DNA of 62,497 bases, filler included, from Asterionella formosa (Eukaryota): assembly GCA_002256025.1 (NCBI GenBank). It is 18 parts of 18 records of this genome, joined end to end, with 100 filler letters (N's around TTAATTAATTAA, not from the genome) between each part and the next. Parts side by side here need not be neighbours in the genome. Positions count along the whole stretch, not along the records: positions 17,544 to 46,964 come from NKIB01001039.1; positions 47,065 to 48,908 come from NKIB01001042.1; positions 49,009 to 50,851 come from NKIB01001043.1; positions 50,952 to 52,794 come from NKIB01001044.1; positions 52,895 to 54,736 come from NKIB01001045.1; positions 54,837 to 56,677 come from NKIB01001046.1; positions 56,778 to 58,617 come from NKIB01001047.1; 11 more parts are not named here. One strand, 5' to 3'. Position numbers and translations under genes: made by a program. Below the pieces are notes generated by a model, which was not told where the DNA came from, searched no databases, and saw nothing but the letters and a program-made list of their open reading frames with translations. This document shows, piece by piece, positions 46,105-58,717 of this stretch (position 1 is its first letter; the number at the start of each line of letters is the position of its first letter).

Positions 46105-46964
46105 CTAAGCTACAGGAGGGGCGAAAGGAACATCGCTTGGCATCATAACTGGTGGAATTTCAAAAGGGGCATCAACAGGAGGGTTTAACGGGGCATCACT
46201 TTGTGTAATGGTTGGGGAACAATTAACATGCGATGCAATAGGTGATGAAACCGGAGGGGTCAAAGGAGCATCGCTTATCACAACAATTGATGGGGATTCA
46301 GTATGTGACGCAACAGGAGGGGTCAAGGGAGCATCACTTGCTACAACAATTGATGGAGATTCAGTAGGCGACGCCACAGGAGGGGTCAGGGGAGCATCAC
46401 TTGCCACAGCAATTGATGGAGATTCAGTGGGCGACGCAAAAGGAGGGGTCAAGGGGGCATCACTTGTCACAACAATTGATGGAGATTCAGTAGGTGACGC
46501 CACTGGAGAAGTCAAAGGAGCATCACTTGACAAAAGAATTGATGGTGATTTTGTAGGCGACGCCACAGGAGGGATCAAGGGAGCATTACTTGACACAACA
46601 ATTGATGGAGATTCAGTATGTGACGCCAGAGAAGGGGTCAATGAAGCATCACTTGCCACAAAAATTGATGGAGATTTAGTTGGTGACGCCACAGGAGGGA
46701 TCAAGGGAGCATTACTTGTCACAACAATTGATGGAGATTCAGTAGGCGACACAACAGGAGGTGTCAAGGGGGCATCACTTGCAACAGCAATTGATGGAGA
46801 TAAAGTAGGTGATGAAACAGGAGGGGTCAATGGAGCATCTCTTTTCACAACAATTGATGGAGATTCAGTATGTGACGCCAGAGAAGGGGTCAATGAAGCA
46901 TCACTTGCCACAAAAATTGATGGAGATATAGTTGGTGATGCCACAGGAGAGGTCAAGGGAGCAT
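46105..46964 (-). CDS. 3' end of a mucin-like Ser/Pro/Thr-rich protein made of 20-aa (60-bp) tandem repeats, 5' truncated
   Basis: ~12 units of SDAPLTPPVASPTESPSIVV, with a TAG stop at 46105-46107. Confidence 0.8.
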
Positions 46965-47920
46965 NNNNNNNNNNNNNNNNNNNNNNNNNNNNNNNNNNNN
47001 NNNNNNNNTTAATTAATTAANNNNNNNNNNNNNNNNNNNNNNNNNNNNNNNNNNNNNNNNNNNNAAAATTGTGCGGTTGGCTGCTGAGGGGTGATTTTCC
47101 CTTAGCACGATTTATTTAGCCAAATTTAATTTAGTAGGTCAACTTTTCCATACTATTGCCCTGGCATCTGAATCCTATGCGTAACGAGAAGTGCTCTAGA
47201 TATGTGCTTTTAATGTGGTGTGGGCTGACTCGTCGATCGTCTGCCGCTGCACGCCGAGTACTTGGTGTACGCGATAGTCTAGCACCGGTATGAGGTACCA
47301 GTACCGGAACTTGTGTTTTACGCTTGTATTGGCGGGCGAGTGTGGCGGTCGAAGACCTCGTCCCGCCCGACGACCTGCCTTGTCTCTCTGATTGCCTGCG
47401 TATGTGAAAACCGGTACTTATTGTGCTGGTTGCGGAATCCCATCCTGCTTTCTTGTTATTTGTACTTTGTGTCGTGTGTGGGCTTTTCGACGATACTCAT
47501 GGAAGCATACGTTTCGTACATAGCTACAGATATTTGTCTACTTCTGATTGTGCTACCATTATATACCAGGTCAAACTAGGAAGGCAGCCCGTCCCGAATC
47601 GGCAAGTCCTGCAAGGCGGCGTCCACATGTGAAACGGTTTTATTTATATTCCTGTATATAGGGTGAAACTGGGAAGTCAGAGGCCCCTTCAGGCTGATCA
47701 AACATGGTGGTGCTCCATATGTGTAACACATAGAATGAGGAACGTCTAATCGATCAGACCAACCGTCCCTTCTTGTTCGTTCAGTTGTTCGTGTTTCAAG
47801 CGATCGACTAGAAAGGTGCTCTAGCCCTCATTCGTCAGGACTCAGTTACTACGAACGTTCCGGTCCGACTGGTGGCACTCTGACAATCAAGAGAGGCGAC
47901 AGCAAGGGGCAGCGACAACG

Positions 47921-48908
47921 ATGAACCTCCAGTCCTCCATGTCGCCATTATCGAGGCACAGCCGAAAACAAAGCAGCACCGCCAAGATGGGCAATGCCAA
48001 CGTGCCGCCTTCTAAGCCAATCGCTGCCCCCACTCGGCCCTTTGAGCGACATTCCAGCCACATTCGCATGCCAGGGTATTTCAGTAGAAACAAGCAGAAG
48101 CATTCAACTCTGCTACAGCTGATTGCGCACCGGGACTGGCAGAGAGTCTTGATCCGGGCCACTTTGTTTCCATCGGAAATTTCGATCAAACAAACTATTG
48201 AGTGGTATGGAATTCAGTGGGTGTTGTTACCGATTCATTTGGCTTGCGCACTTCAACCACCAAAGGAAGTGGTGGAGAAGTTGCTTTACTTTCACACTGA
48301 TACTGCCAGCATCTTGATGGTTCGCCGAACTGTCAAAAAGAAGAGTTTAAACAGGATACCTAGATTTCGACGAAAGAAGGACCCGTACCCAACTCAGCAG
48401 GCGAACCAAGGTAGCGGCATCCTACACGATGTTTCTCCCCCATTTAGTGCAGAGAGTAGTATATGCGATTCATCGGCGGGTTTCAAGTCGGAATTGAAAG
48501 GCGACGAACTAGGCGACACTTTTTCGGTAAGCACGGAAGGATCCATCCGTGACCGAGCTGCACACCTATGTGGCAAGCCGGAACCCGTAGCTATCGCACG
48601 GAATGGAGCTCCCAGCATGAACTGGGATTTGTTGTCCCTCTTGAAGGAAGCCAATCACTTCTTCCCTCTCCATATTGCATGTCTGTACCGCGCCTCTCCA
48701 GCTGTCCTGCAAGCTCTGATCCATGCATTTCCTGGTGGTGCACGCGCTCCCACATCGGCATGGGGAATGCTTCCTATTCACATTTGCGCAGCCGGTGTCG
48801 CTCTAGCTCCACCTATTTCGCTAGCGACGGCACTCATTCCTCTCGTTGAGGAGTGGGACGTATTGGCCAGCCTGGAACTCTTGGCAAAAGTGTACCCGGA
48901 GGGTCTGG
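47921..48908 (+). CDS. Diatom-type ankyrin-like (LPxHxAC repeat) protein, 3' truncated
   Basis: LIAHRDW..V, LPIHLACALQPP, FPLHIACLYRAS..VLQALIHAFP and GMLPIHICA. Confidence 0.8.
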
Positions 48909-49650
48909 NNNNNNNNNNNNNNNNNNNNNNNNNNNNNNNNNNNNNNNNNNNNTTAATTAATTAANNNNNNNNNNNNNNNNNNNNNNNNNNNNNNNNNNNN
49001 NNNNNNNNGATTGAGAGTATCTAAAATTGGTTGAATGGAAGCCATTCGGTATTGTAGTTCCTGACGAAACAGTCGTCGGTATGATTGCAGCATTCTTTGC
49101 TGACGAAATAAATGGCATACCAACATTTGTCCTTGCCGCCAATTGTGGGTTCATTTTTGGTTCACACAATGAAGCTTGGCAGGCCCCTCCAAGATAGAGG
49201 AATACTGCAATCCCAAGCATTTCGTATCAAAAGGTCACTTTATTCTCCTGACGACGTAGTGGTGGAACTGTTTGCATTAAGTTGATGATTGTGAGAATTA
49301 CAGTACTCAACGAACTGGAGGACGACGAATCAGTGATCGTGTGTTGTATTGGGCTGATGAACTTATTCTTGCTTCCCCCAGATTTTGCAACAATGCATGG
49401 GAAAAATTAAAACGGATAAAAGCAAACAAAGCAAGTAGAAATCATTTTAAAATTAGCGATGATCATAGTGACAGGAAGTCATACCTTGGGTACAGTGTGA
49501 TGTTTAGAAGTCTGTATATATGTATATGTATTCTGTAAATATATATTCCTCAGGTTTCGTAAACTATTAATATATATTTATACTTCACACTCCTTATTCA
49601 CATCGGGATATCAAATCGCCAGGACGAACACACCGACGCCGTAACAAACA

Positions 49651-49742
49651 GCAAGTTCCGGTAATTTTGCTGAAGCTAAAGATTTAGCTATCTTTATCTT
49701 AGATGAAAATGTTAGTTTAAGCAAAATGACCGCAACTTTTGC
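49651..49742. mobile_element. Second copy of the 90-bp MITE-like element
   Basis: Reverse complement of 2334-2423. Confidence 0.7.
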
Positions 49743-49778
49743 CGGTATATCATGCCAGCGTCGGCGAAAGCAATACCC

Positions 49779-49845
49779 CACTTAGCTAGCCACACGCACG
49801 CAAGGCAGAGGCCACTTAGCTAGCCACACGCACGCAAGGCAGAGG
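49779..49845 (+). repeat. 34-bp tandem duplication
   Basis: CACTTAGCTAGCCACACGCACGCAAGGCAGAGG twice. Confidence 0.9.
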
Positions 49846-49867
49846 TGGTCGCATCCCTGTGCGTTTC

Positions 49868-50800
49868 TTGCTGATGAAGGCAAGACACGCCTGAAGTTGT
49901 CTCTTGCCTGCGAGTTTTTTAAAACGTGTTCGCGGCTGGGTGGCGCGAAAAGGTTGACCGAACGAGTGGCGACCCCGGCGTTGCGAGAAGGTCACCCTAC
50001 GAGTGCCATCCATCCCAGCCGGGTACCGGTACACATGTATACGAAAAAGGCATGTAGCTGCCGAGAAGTATTTATTTTTGAGGCAATTCCCGCTCCAGCT
50101 ATCGTCTTGCCATTCGGGTACTTCTAAGTAATTTTTAGGCTCTAAGTAATTTCTTAAGTAATTTTTATTTTAAGGGCAATATGGGGCACATCGAATTTTT
50201 CGGCAATAAAATTGCCGATTTTAGCATGACAACCAGAATATCGGTAATATGCATAGAGATGGTACAACAAGCGTAAAACACATGAGAATGATTGTAACAT
50301 GCAACATCAATGAAAATTGATCATGATGTTTGGAGCAACCAAAGTATGAAATGCGATGTAATAAGTAGCATCAAATGAGAAATAGAAAAAATTGTTTTGG
50401 GTTAGAAATGAAATAAAAAATAAGAGTTCCAATGGAAACGTATGCATTGTGAATCATTGTAGTACTTACACAGGCAACATTGACTTTCCATCACCATATA
50501 CAATCGAAGACCGAAAGGAGAAGAAAAAAAACCCAACCCAATGTAGACCTGCATCGTTATTTAGCGTCAACGGTCTGGTTGCTGCAACCATACGCATCGC
50601 TGTAGTAGCCTGACACCAGTAGCAGTATTTCCGCCACAGTCATTCCTCTCCGCCCAGTACTACTGGGCGGAACTCGTAGGGTGACCTTCTCGCAGCGCCG
50701 GGGAGGCCACTCGTACGGTCAACCTACTCGCGCCACCCAGCCTCAAACACATGTACACTCGCAGGCATGAGACCACCTTGGGCGTGTATTGCCTTCAGCA
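49868..50800. repeat. Pair of ~135-bp GC-rich inverted repeats (49868-50007 and 50669-50800) around an AT-rich core
   Basis: Direct comparison of the two arms. Related sequence at 58085-58203. Confidence 0.85.
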
Positions 50801-50951
50801 ATTCACAGACTACCGGTAGCTATCATCATCCCTTTCGCTTAGCTACTGCCCNNNNNNNNNNNNNNNNNNNNNNNNNNNNNNNNNNNNNNNNNNNNTTAAT
50901 TAATTAANNNNNNNNNNNNNNNNNNNNNNNNNNNNNNNNNNNNNNNNNNNN

Positions 50952-51020
50952 AAGTATTTCAAATAATTATGTGAAGTATTTCAAATAATTATGTGAAGTA
51001 TTTCAAATAATTATGTGAAG
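50952..51020 (+). repeat. 22-bp tandem repeat (x3, truncated by contig start)
   Basis: AAGTATTTCAAATAATTATGTG. Confidence 0.9.
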
Positions 51021-51284
51021 GTGATCACGTAATATAGTGATGATCAGGAATGCATGCATGATACTCTGATCAAATAATTAACGTGATGTATTCAGATAAT
51101 ATATAGATATATTCAAGTAAGCATTTTGATGTATTCAACTAATTCATGTGATCCATTCAAATCAACTAGGCTTATTTACGTGATGGTCACTTCACGTAAT
51201 ACGCGGCTTAGATGTAGTGTAGCATGCTGCATACTGAAAAAGTGTCAAATCTGTTCGTAACTTCGTCGTTTTGAATTGTGGATC

Positions 51285-51958
51285 ATCTAAACTACGTGAA
51301 GCAATGCGCCATCAGCGAATTTTATATTGGTTGTCAATATTAGTGTTATTACAAATATTTTTTATGATTGTATTATCTATGTTGTGTTAGATATATTTAC
51401 CAGATAGGTTAGCGTCGTTTTCATTTTCCATGGAAAATTTCGTTGTTTTCGACATGATCAAGGCGGACGAGATGGCATAATGCTGGATTCTCCAGTCGCG
51501 CACAAGAACTACACTCTAGCGTTTTATATACAGAAATAAATCGCAACATATGAGCTAAATAATTATAAACTTGCTTCTATATGGGCTACCTTGGGTACCA
51601 GGTGAGCGATCTTGCACATCAATACAGATGTATATAGGGTTAGTGTTATATCATATATATCCAAACTCAATAATGAGAGAACTCAACTAACCCTTTATGT
51701 ATACTTTGGTGTAGACTTAGAGAACGAGTTGCACACAGGGATTAACTAATAAGCTCGTATATTCAACAAATACTACTACTTCTAGTTAGATACTTCACCA
51801 GGTAGCTACCCTGAAAGTATATACTGGTATCCTATGTAGCCATAGTACATATGTGATTCGTGATAAATATATGATATTGCAAATAGTATAGCGGTACCCC
51901 GTTAGGCTGTGGCATCTGGAGTGATAATGACTGTGACCATGTATATAGATATGATGTT
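51285..51958 (+). repeat. Host repeat family H, second copy, carrying a solo LTR
   Basis: Collinear with 22868-23262 plus 30081-30100. Confidence 0.85.
51603..51797 (+). mobile_element. Solo LTR of family B with 5-bp TSD CCAGG
   Basis: TGAGCGATC...GATACTTCA, flanked by CCAGG at 51598-51602 and 51798-51802. The empty site GGTACCAGGTACC is at 23101-23113 in the other host copy. Confidence 0.9.
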
Positions 51959-52083
51959 TGATATGCTTATATGTAGTATTGGCAAGGCAATCAGAGGGTA
52001 GTGGCATGTTTGTTCATGTATATACTTCATAGGCATAAGGGTCATTCAGAAAATCTATTCTTATTTGCAACTTCAAGTCATTT

Positions 52084-52218
52084 TCAGCTAATTCTAGTTG
52101 CTGTCAGCAAGTTCTAGTTGTAGTCAGCATATTCTAGTCACTGTCAGCAAGTTCTAGTAATTGTCAGCAAGTTTTAATCATTGTCGCCAAATTCTAATCA
52201 TTGTCAGCAAGTTCTAAA
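52084..52218 (+). repeat. 20-bp minisatellite (~7 units)
   Basis: Consensus TCAGCAAGTTCTAGTYAYTG. Confidence 0.85.
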
Positions 52219-52739
52219 TGTAGAAAGTTAAGATTCCAAGTATGTGACTTCCATAGCTAGAAGGCAGCTTGCTGGACCCATTCATCAGTCAGCAAATCCG
52301 AGTTGTGTTCAGAGGCTCATTCTAAATATTGTCATTGGTCAATAACTGTAACGTTTTCCTAAATTACTAAAGGAATATTGTTTTCATCGAAAGCTGGCCT
52401 ATTTTGTGTGGCAGGCATGAGACGATCCATTGGTAGTGCATCGAAACTGCGCTAGTGTGCCTTCCAGGTGACACAGGGCAACCAAATCAGCAGAGTCCGA
52501 CTTGTTGTGTGCACATCGTATTTTTCATATGAAATATGTACAGAATACCGGGTAGCTAATATCTATCTACCTGTATGCATGATAGCTATTTCAAACATAC
52601 TGTACCCTGGCACCAGTTGCTGGTACTGGTAGGTACCGGTATTCCGGATAATCATGCGCCACAATACGTATCAGCCCAAACTTTCACAGCCCAGCGTACT
52701 TTTAGTCATCATTGTTCCGATTCTTCCATCTCCTCCTTC

Positions 52740-52794
52740 ATGATGTTGTCTCGAGCAGTTTCATCTCTTCGATCAAGAGCCGTACAAGCGAGCC
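52740..52794 (+). CDS. Start of a gene with a mitochondrial-type presequence, truncated by contig end
   Basis: MMLSRAVSSLRSRAVQAS is R/S/A-rich with no acidic residues. Confidence 0.5.
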
Positions 52795-53789
52795 NNNNNN
52801 NNNNNNNNNNNNNNNNNNNNNNNNNNNNNNNNNNNNNNTTAATTAATTAANNNNNNNNNNNNNNNNNNNNNNNNNNNNNNNNNNNNNNNNNNNNAACTCC
52901 TATGCAGCTACAGTAACAATGAGAAGAATTGACTTGCTAGCTAGTCATGTTACACTGACACAACATCACGCCATTCCATTGTATCCTCTTGCTTGTTTCA
53001 CTTACCACAAATCAAAGCAACTGATGCATATGTCTGTAATAGTAAATTGTCAGTCAATTTTTGAATAGGAAAGTTTCAGGTATCCAATGTTGTCGAATAA
53101 AACTTACCGATTCATTTTAATTTGAAAGAAAGAAACCGTGTCCGTCAGTTATGTTCCAATAGAAGTGAATAGGTCCAACGACAAGAGAACTTACCAATTT
53201 TTTTGTTTTACATTGTTGCTCCCCAGCATGCGAAATGAGCTATTGAATCAACTGAGAAGAAAGGACACGTGCGTTTAGTTTACAATTTGTTGTTGCCCTC
53301 CCAACCATTGCCATCCACATACCATATTGATTGCTGAATTAGCTTAAACATACTCCATCCTTCGAAGGCGCAATGTGTCAAAGCCACAATGTTTTTCATT
53401 ATTGCGTAAACTTTCCTTGTCATATGTTTTACTACGATATTTCTTTTCACAAAGCAGGCATTGTTTGTTAACATGACAGAACGATTTCAAATACATTCGC
53501 CATGTATATAGTCAAAAAAATTGTAAATACATCAGGTGGCGTACATAATTAAAATTCAAAGGCACTCTCAATATGGCACATCTTGTAGAACCCATGATGA
53601 TCATATTTGCATATGCATAATTCGAAATCATTTAATGCACGATATGTCCATTGTTTTCTACGACTTCGTGTACCGGTAATGTTTCTGAAATTTGTTTGCA
53701 TCAATATTTTTATGTCAGTTGGAACTAATTATTTAGACCATTCAATTGGTGTAAGTCACAACCCATTTGTATCATTATTTATACAAGGA

Positions 53790-54066
53790 TTTTGGTAGCT
53801 GATAATTTAAGCCCCTTATTTGGCAGGAGTTCTTCATGTGTACATAATATGATCATAACATTTTATCATATACATTAAGAGGGATCATAACATTTTATCA
53901 TATATACTGGTATACAGAGTACCAGTAACAGGTAGGCAGTGATATCCTGGGGGTAGTCGGAGTAGTAAGAGAGCAACAGAACACCACATCTTCAGGACTG
54001 TTGCTACTGCAGTGGGACAGTAAATAATCATAGTTTCAGGATCGCATGATCGTATGATTGAAAACA
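53790..54066. repeat. ~270-bp dispersed repeat; reverse-orientation copy at ~62220-62473
   Basis: Direct comparison, also visible as near-identical spurious ORFs 53885-54067(-) and 62210-62425(+). Confidence 0.9.
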
Positions 54067-54862
54067 AGATATGCTATTACTCAAATTCGGTTCTGATTTT
54101 TTTGTATATGATAATGTAAATAGCACTGTTGGTTTTTATGGTATCATATCTAGACAGCGTAAAATATTAGATGTAGTGGCTGATGATTCATTTCAATGTA
54201 GCTTGCAACACCTGATTTTAAGATCATAGAACAGTAGTAAGCAAGACAACGACAAAATACTGCCGGTATGGAACAAAGAAGCAAGTACCAAAATGAGTTA
54301 ACAAAGAAAAAGCTAATAGGCGACTATCCAAAGGGACCCAATTGGCGACAGGGAGTTAGTGGGGGTACTACCCCATCGTCGATGGGGACTCCATCAGCTA
54401 CTAGTACAAAGGCTCACGTAATTGATACTGAAAGTGATGATGAGCGACGTTTCTTTTTCAGTTGTTGATACAAGAAAAATGGCTCCTGTCGATGATACCA
54501 TTAATTACTCCTGGATCATAAATTTTCTAATCGCATGGACCAACAAGTACATGACAAACTGAGGGGAAAACATTTTGCACTTGCCAAAGGATATTATCAA
54601 TTGGTCAATGAACTCAATCACTACAAAGGTCGTAATTCGGTTCAAAACTCGTCCATACGAGGTTATCAAGAATCTTCAATTTCAGCAGCCTTATCAGAAC
54701 GTCGTTCTCGCTTAGCTAAAATTGAACCGATCCATCNNNNNNNNNNNNNNNNNNNNNNNNNNNNNNNNNNNNNNNNNNNNTTAATTAATTAANNNNNNNN
54801 NNNNNNNNNNNNNNNNNNNNNNNNNNNNNNNNNNNNAGGGTTGATATATTTTACTACCAGGT

Positions 54863-54951
54863 TGTCAGAGTGTGTCTGTTAGGCTGTTGATGTCGACAGG
54901 TGTCCGAAGACTAGGTAGTCTGAGGAATGTCTAAACGGAAATAGACAGGAT
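54863..54951 (+). repeat. Copy of the 89-bp three-hairpin repeat
   Basis: Matches 9100-9188. Confidence 0.85.
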
Positions 54952-57049
54952 GTACTTACGGTAACTGGTACCAGGTACTAGTACAGTACAGGCACCGGTA
55001 TGGTAAATCCAATATTGTAGTAATCCTATCTTCCATTAAAATCACAAAACAATCATCCCAATCCATTCCTCCTGCTCCGAAGTCGTCATCATCGTGATCC
55101 TGCTCATGCTCATGCTCATGCTCGAGGCATAAATTCACGCCTTGTATCATTTGTCATTGTGGATTCTTTTTAGCAGGAATGCGATGAGCCTTGTTGGCTT
55201 TGCAGAACTTTTTCAAAAGCGACTGCTGTGAGAGCCACACCTCCTCGTTGTTGCGTTGTTGCAACGCAACCACGTCGTCTTCATGTTATCCTTTGTTGTA
55301 TCTTTTTGAATGCACATTCAAATGCAAATGCAAGAAACGTCGGCCATTTTTGCACTTTGCTACAGATGCTCCACAAGATTGCAAACATGAACCTTTCTGT
55401 TGCAGACGATGACACAAAGGTTTTCAGGCCTGTCAATCGATGAAAATTGGTTGATAATTATGACATACAAAGCGGTTTTGTGACTGCTCATCATCGCATG
55501 GCGACTGCTCTGAATCATAGAAGGACAGAGGAGGACATGATATCCTTTCATCATGATGCATGCAAAATGGTACTATTTTGAATCTCTGGCCCTAATTAAA
55601 CCTGAAACCGGGTTCAACATTGTATTGATACACTGCACAGCTGAATTTTCTTCAATTGAATCTGCCGTGGGGCTTGCCAAACTATAGGAGCATGAAAAAA
55701 ATGATGGACAAGGAATGCTGAACAGCATTGTTCCAACATTTGTATTATTGCCAAGGGGGCTCAACCTGATGTGCAGAGATTCCTGACATTGCACAAGCAT
55801 CTGTTCCCAATCAGATCGCTATGAAAGAGGGCTATTCTTGAATGCATCTTTAGATTGAGTTTGACCATGCAGCTTTCCAGCAACATGGACTTCAGATGCT
55901 CCATCATTTTCTACTGCAAACTTTGCTAACGAAGATAATGCTTTGTGAATATTAAATTTTACTGTTACCTTCAGAGGTAAAGGAATCAATTTCCGAAGGG
56001 TTAATGAAGTGTCTGGAGATGTCAGCTGCTCTCTCTGGTGGAATCTTGGCATATGAAGTTTTTCAGTGGATAGGTTCAATCAATTGACCACTGGTGGAGG
56101 GTGAGACAAGCCTGTACTTGTTGATGTATTGTCTGCCCGAAAATTGCTGGGCATTGCATCAGCTGCAACACCAAACAGTACAAAAAAAAGATTGCTGCAT
56201 TCGTTGTCATTGACAATTCCTGCAAGGAAATCCAGGATTGCTTTCTCTTCTCATGCATACTTGCGGTTACAAAATCTTTCTTCGAGCAGTTGATTTGTTA
56301 ATTTCCTCTCCCGAAATTACAAGGAGCAGAAAAACTATTTTTTTAAAGAGAAAAAGAACATCATCAAAGTTAGCATCAAATCTTAAAGAAATCAAAAATA
56401 ATGTAGATGACTGTAGAATGACTTGGCATGCAATGACTGTTAACAAAAACGCAAATTTGATACTGAAGGATTTTTGAGTATTGAGACTACCAAAATGATT
56501 TAGTGAATGACTTTAAGCGAAAATGCTATTTGAAGGTAGAAATGGCACAGTATGCATTTTTCAAAGCTCCTGAGTGGGATTCCAATTTCTTTCTATATTC
56601 TATTAGGTGTATAATAAAATATATCTCCTTTTAATTCATCTTAATTATCTTTATCCAATTCGATGTCTTTTACTTTTNNNNNNNNNNNNNNNNNNNNNNN
56701 NNNNNNNNNNNNNNNNNNNNNTTAATTAATTAANNNNNNNNNNNNNNNNNNNNNNNNNNNNNNNNNNNNNNNNNNNNTCATCACGCAAGACGAATATTCC
56801 CGGTCTGTCACTGGAGCATCGATCAGTGTTACAACCTAAATTATAGCTAAACAACAACCTCCATTATAGAACAGCACAATCTACTTCTCTGTAACATCGT
56901 CTCTATTGAAGCACAGCATAGCAGACGATATGCACAAAGAAGCATGGCTGAGACTGTAAATTTTTAGTAACAGAGTGATTCTGGTTTCGTAATTTTCATG
57001 TCTCATCAGATTTCCTTTGTCATCGTACTAGTTCTTTACCTTTGACAAC

Positions 57050-57730
57050 AAGAGCGTATTCTTTGATGTATCTGGAATGGTTCAATGGATGGCAGCAGTT
57101 GGATTTAGACACAAACCTCGACAAAAGCACTACTTTGTAGATGTTCATAAAAAGCCAGACACTTTGGCCTATCAACCACCACCAGCCAGTCTATACTGCA
57201 AAAATGTAAGAAGCTCAAGTTGAATGCCCATTTATTGATTCAAGTTTCAGCAGTGCAACAATGTAAAATATTAGAAACCGGAAGTAAAATTTCATCTAAT
57301 TACTGTTTTCATTAGCTCTACTAGCTAGTATTGATTGAGAGGAAGCAATGATAGAATGCCAAACAGGCGGGGGCAAACAAAGAGAATCCTACTAAGCAAG
57401 TTTTCTCCCCAATGATCCCAGACCCTTCTTTAATGTCACTTGCTACAGAAAATGGAGAACAGCCGCCATGATCTGTTGATTGTTGCTGTATGGTGCCACT
57501 GAGGACCAAAACCTCCAGAAAGCTCAATGAGTTGCTAGACTTGAATGCAAAAGGGATCAAAACCAGTGGAAAAATCAAAAGGGAACTAAAAATGCTCTAC
57601 AAAAATCAGGACAATTGTGAAAGAGAAATGAAGATTCTTGGGAGGAGAAGTAAAGGGATAATTGCTTCTGGTCTTGCGGGAACAAGAATAGATTGAACCA
57701 AACAATGTTGACAAATAGGTACCCATGGGA
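57050..57730 (+). pseudogene. IS630-Tc1-mariner-related transposase relic
   Basis: QWMAAVGFRHKPRQKHYFVDVHKKPDT resembles W..LGF....K..Y.DGHE..D, and SWEEK*KG..LVLREQE*IE resembles GW.GK.KG..QVL.ERG.ID. Heavily broken. Confidence 0.5.
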
Positions 57731-58717
57731 AAAGGAAGCAATGCTTTCGGCATCATCAATCTAGCTATACACAAGCCTGCGCCACCTGAAATCAATATAG
57801 CTACCTCGACTTCATCAATGAAAAAGTCAATGGGTGGAGCATGTGAGGAAAATCGGGGTTGAGGTTTTCTTGACGCCAACGTGGGCCTGATTGGCTGAAC
57901 TCCTTGCAGATGAAGGCATTGAGTAACCTGGGCCTGTGAAGCCGAAGGATAGTAAAGAAAAATCTATGACAAGGGTGGTGAGATAGTGTTTAGGAGGGGG
58001 GAGCAAAAGTTATCATAGCTGAACACATTCGAAACTCGTATAGACAATAAATGGTGGCATAACATTGGCTGCTCTTGGCCGAAAGTTGCTGAAGGCAATA
58101 CACGCCCGAGGTGGTCTCTTGCCTGCGAGTACACATGTATACGAGAAGGCAAGTAGCCGCCGAGAAGGGTATTGTTGAGGCAATTCCCGCTCTAGCTATC
58201 GTCGCGTCATTCGCTTACCTCCTGCCCACAAATTTAGCATAAATGTCAATTTTAGCCTACTATTGCCCATCATATAAAATACATTTCGTATATTTCCTAT
58301 CTTCACCTCGAAAATTGCCAAAGGTCTGATATTGCCCATCATTAAAATATATTTTGTATATTTCATATGTTCGCATTTTGGCAAGACAACAGACACCAAT
58401 TGCCCCTCGGTTTTCCAGCCCTGGGATTGCCGAAATCGGCAAGGGGTCTACTTAAGGAAACCATTTTATATACTATTCAGATTCTAATAGTTTATATCTA
58501 GAATTCACCTCGTTTTTGTTCGTCTCGTGAAAAGTGGACTCCGGCAATTCACCTTTCACCATGCCAATCGTCGTCCATCATGACCGGTTTGAAGCGAAAT
58601 CAGTTCCGCGATGACGCNNNNNNNNNNNNNNNNNNNNNNNNNNNNNNNNNNNNNNNNNNNNTTAATTAATTAANNNNNNNNNNNNNNNNNNNNNNNNNNN
58701 NNNNNNNNNNNNNNNNN

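Noticed and set aside
46208..46964. Plus-strand Gly/Asp/Thr repeat ORF
   Set aside because: Antisense mirror of the Ser/Pro/Thr mucin-like frame. The minus strand has the more typical composition and a proper stop, though the strand is not proven.
49868..49900. Hammerhead-like core CTGATGA-AGGC...GCCT-GAA
   Set aside because: It reads GAAG rather than GAAA, there is no convincing stem I/III with a cleavage triplet, and the other copies read CTGAAGGC without the core.
55150..56500. Cys-rich broken minus-strand frames (possible USP or KDZ-type relic)
   Set aside because: No diagnostic motif could be assembled by eye.
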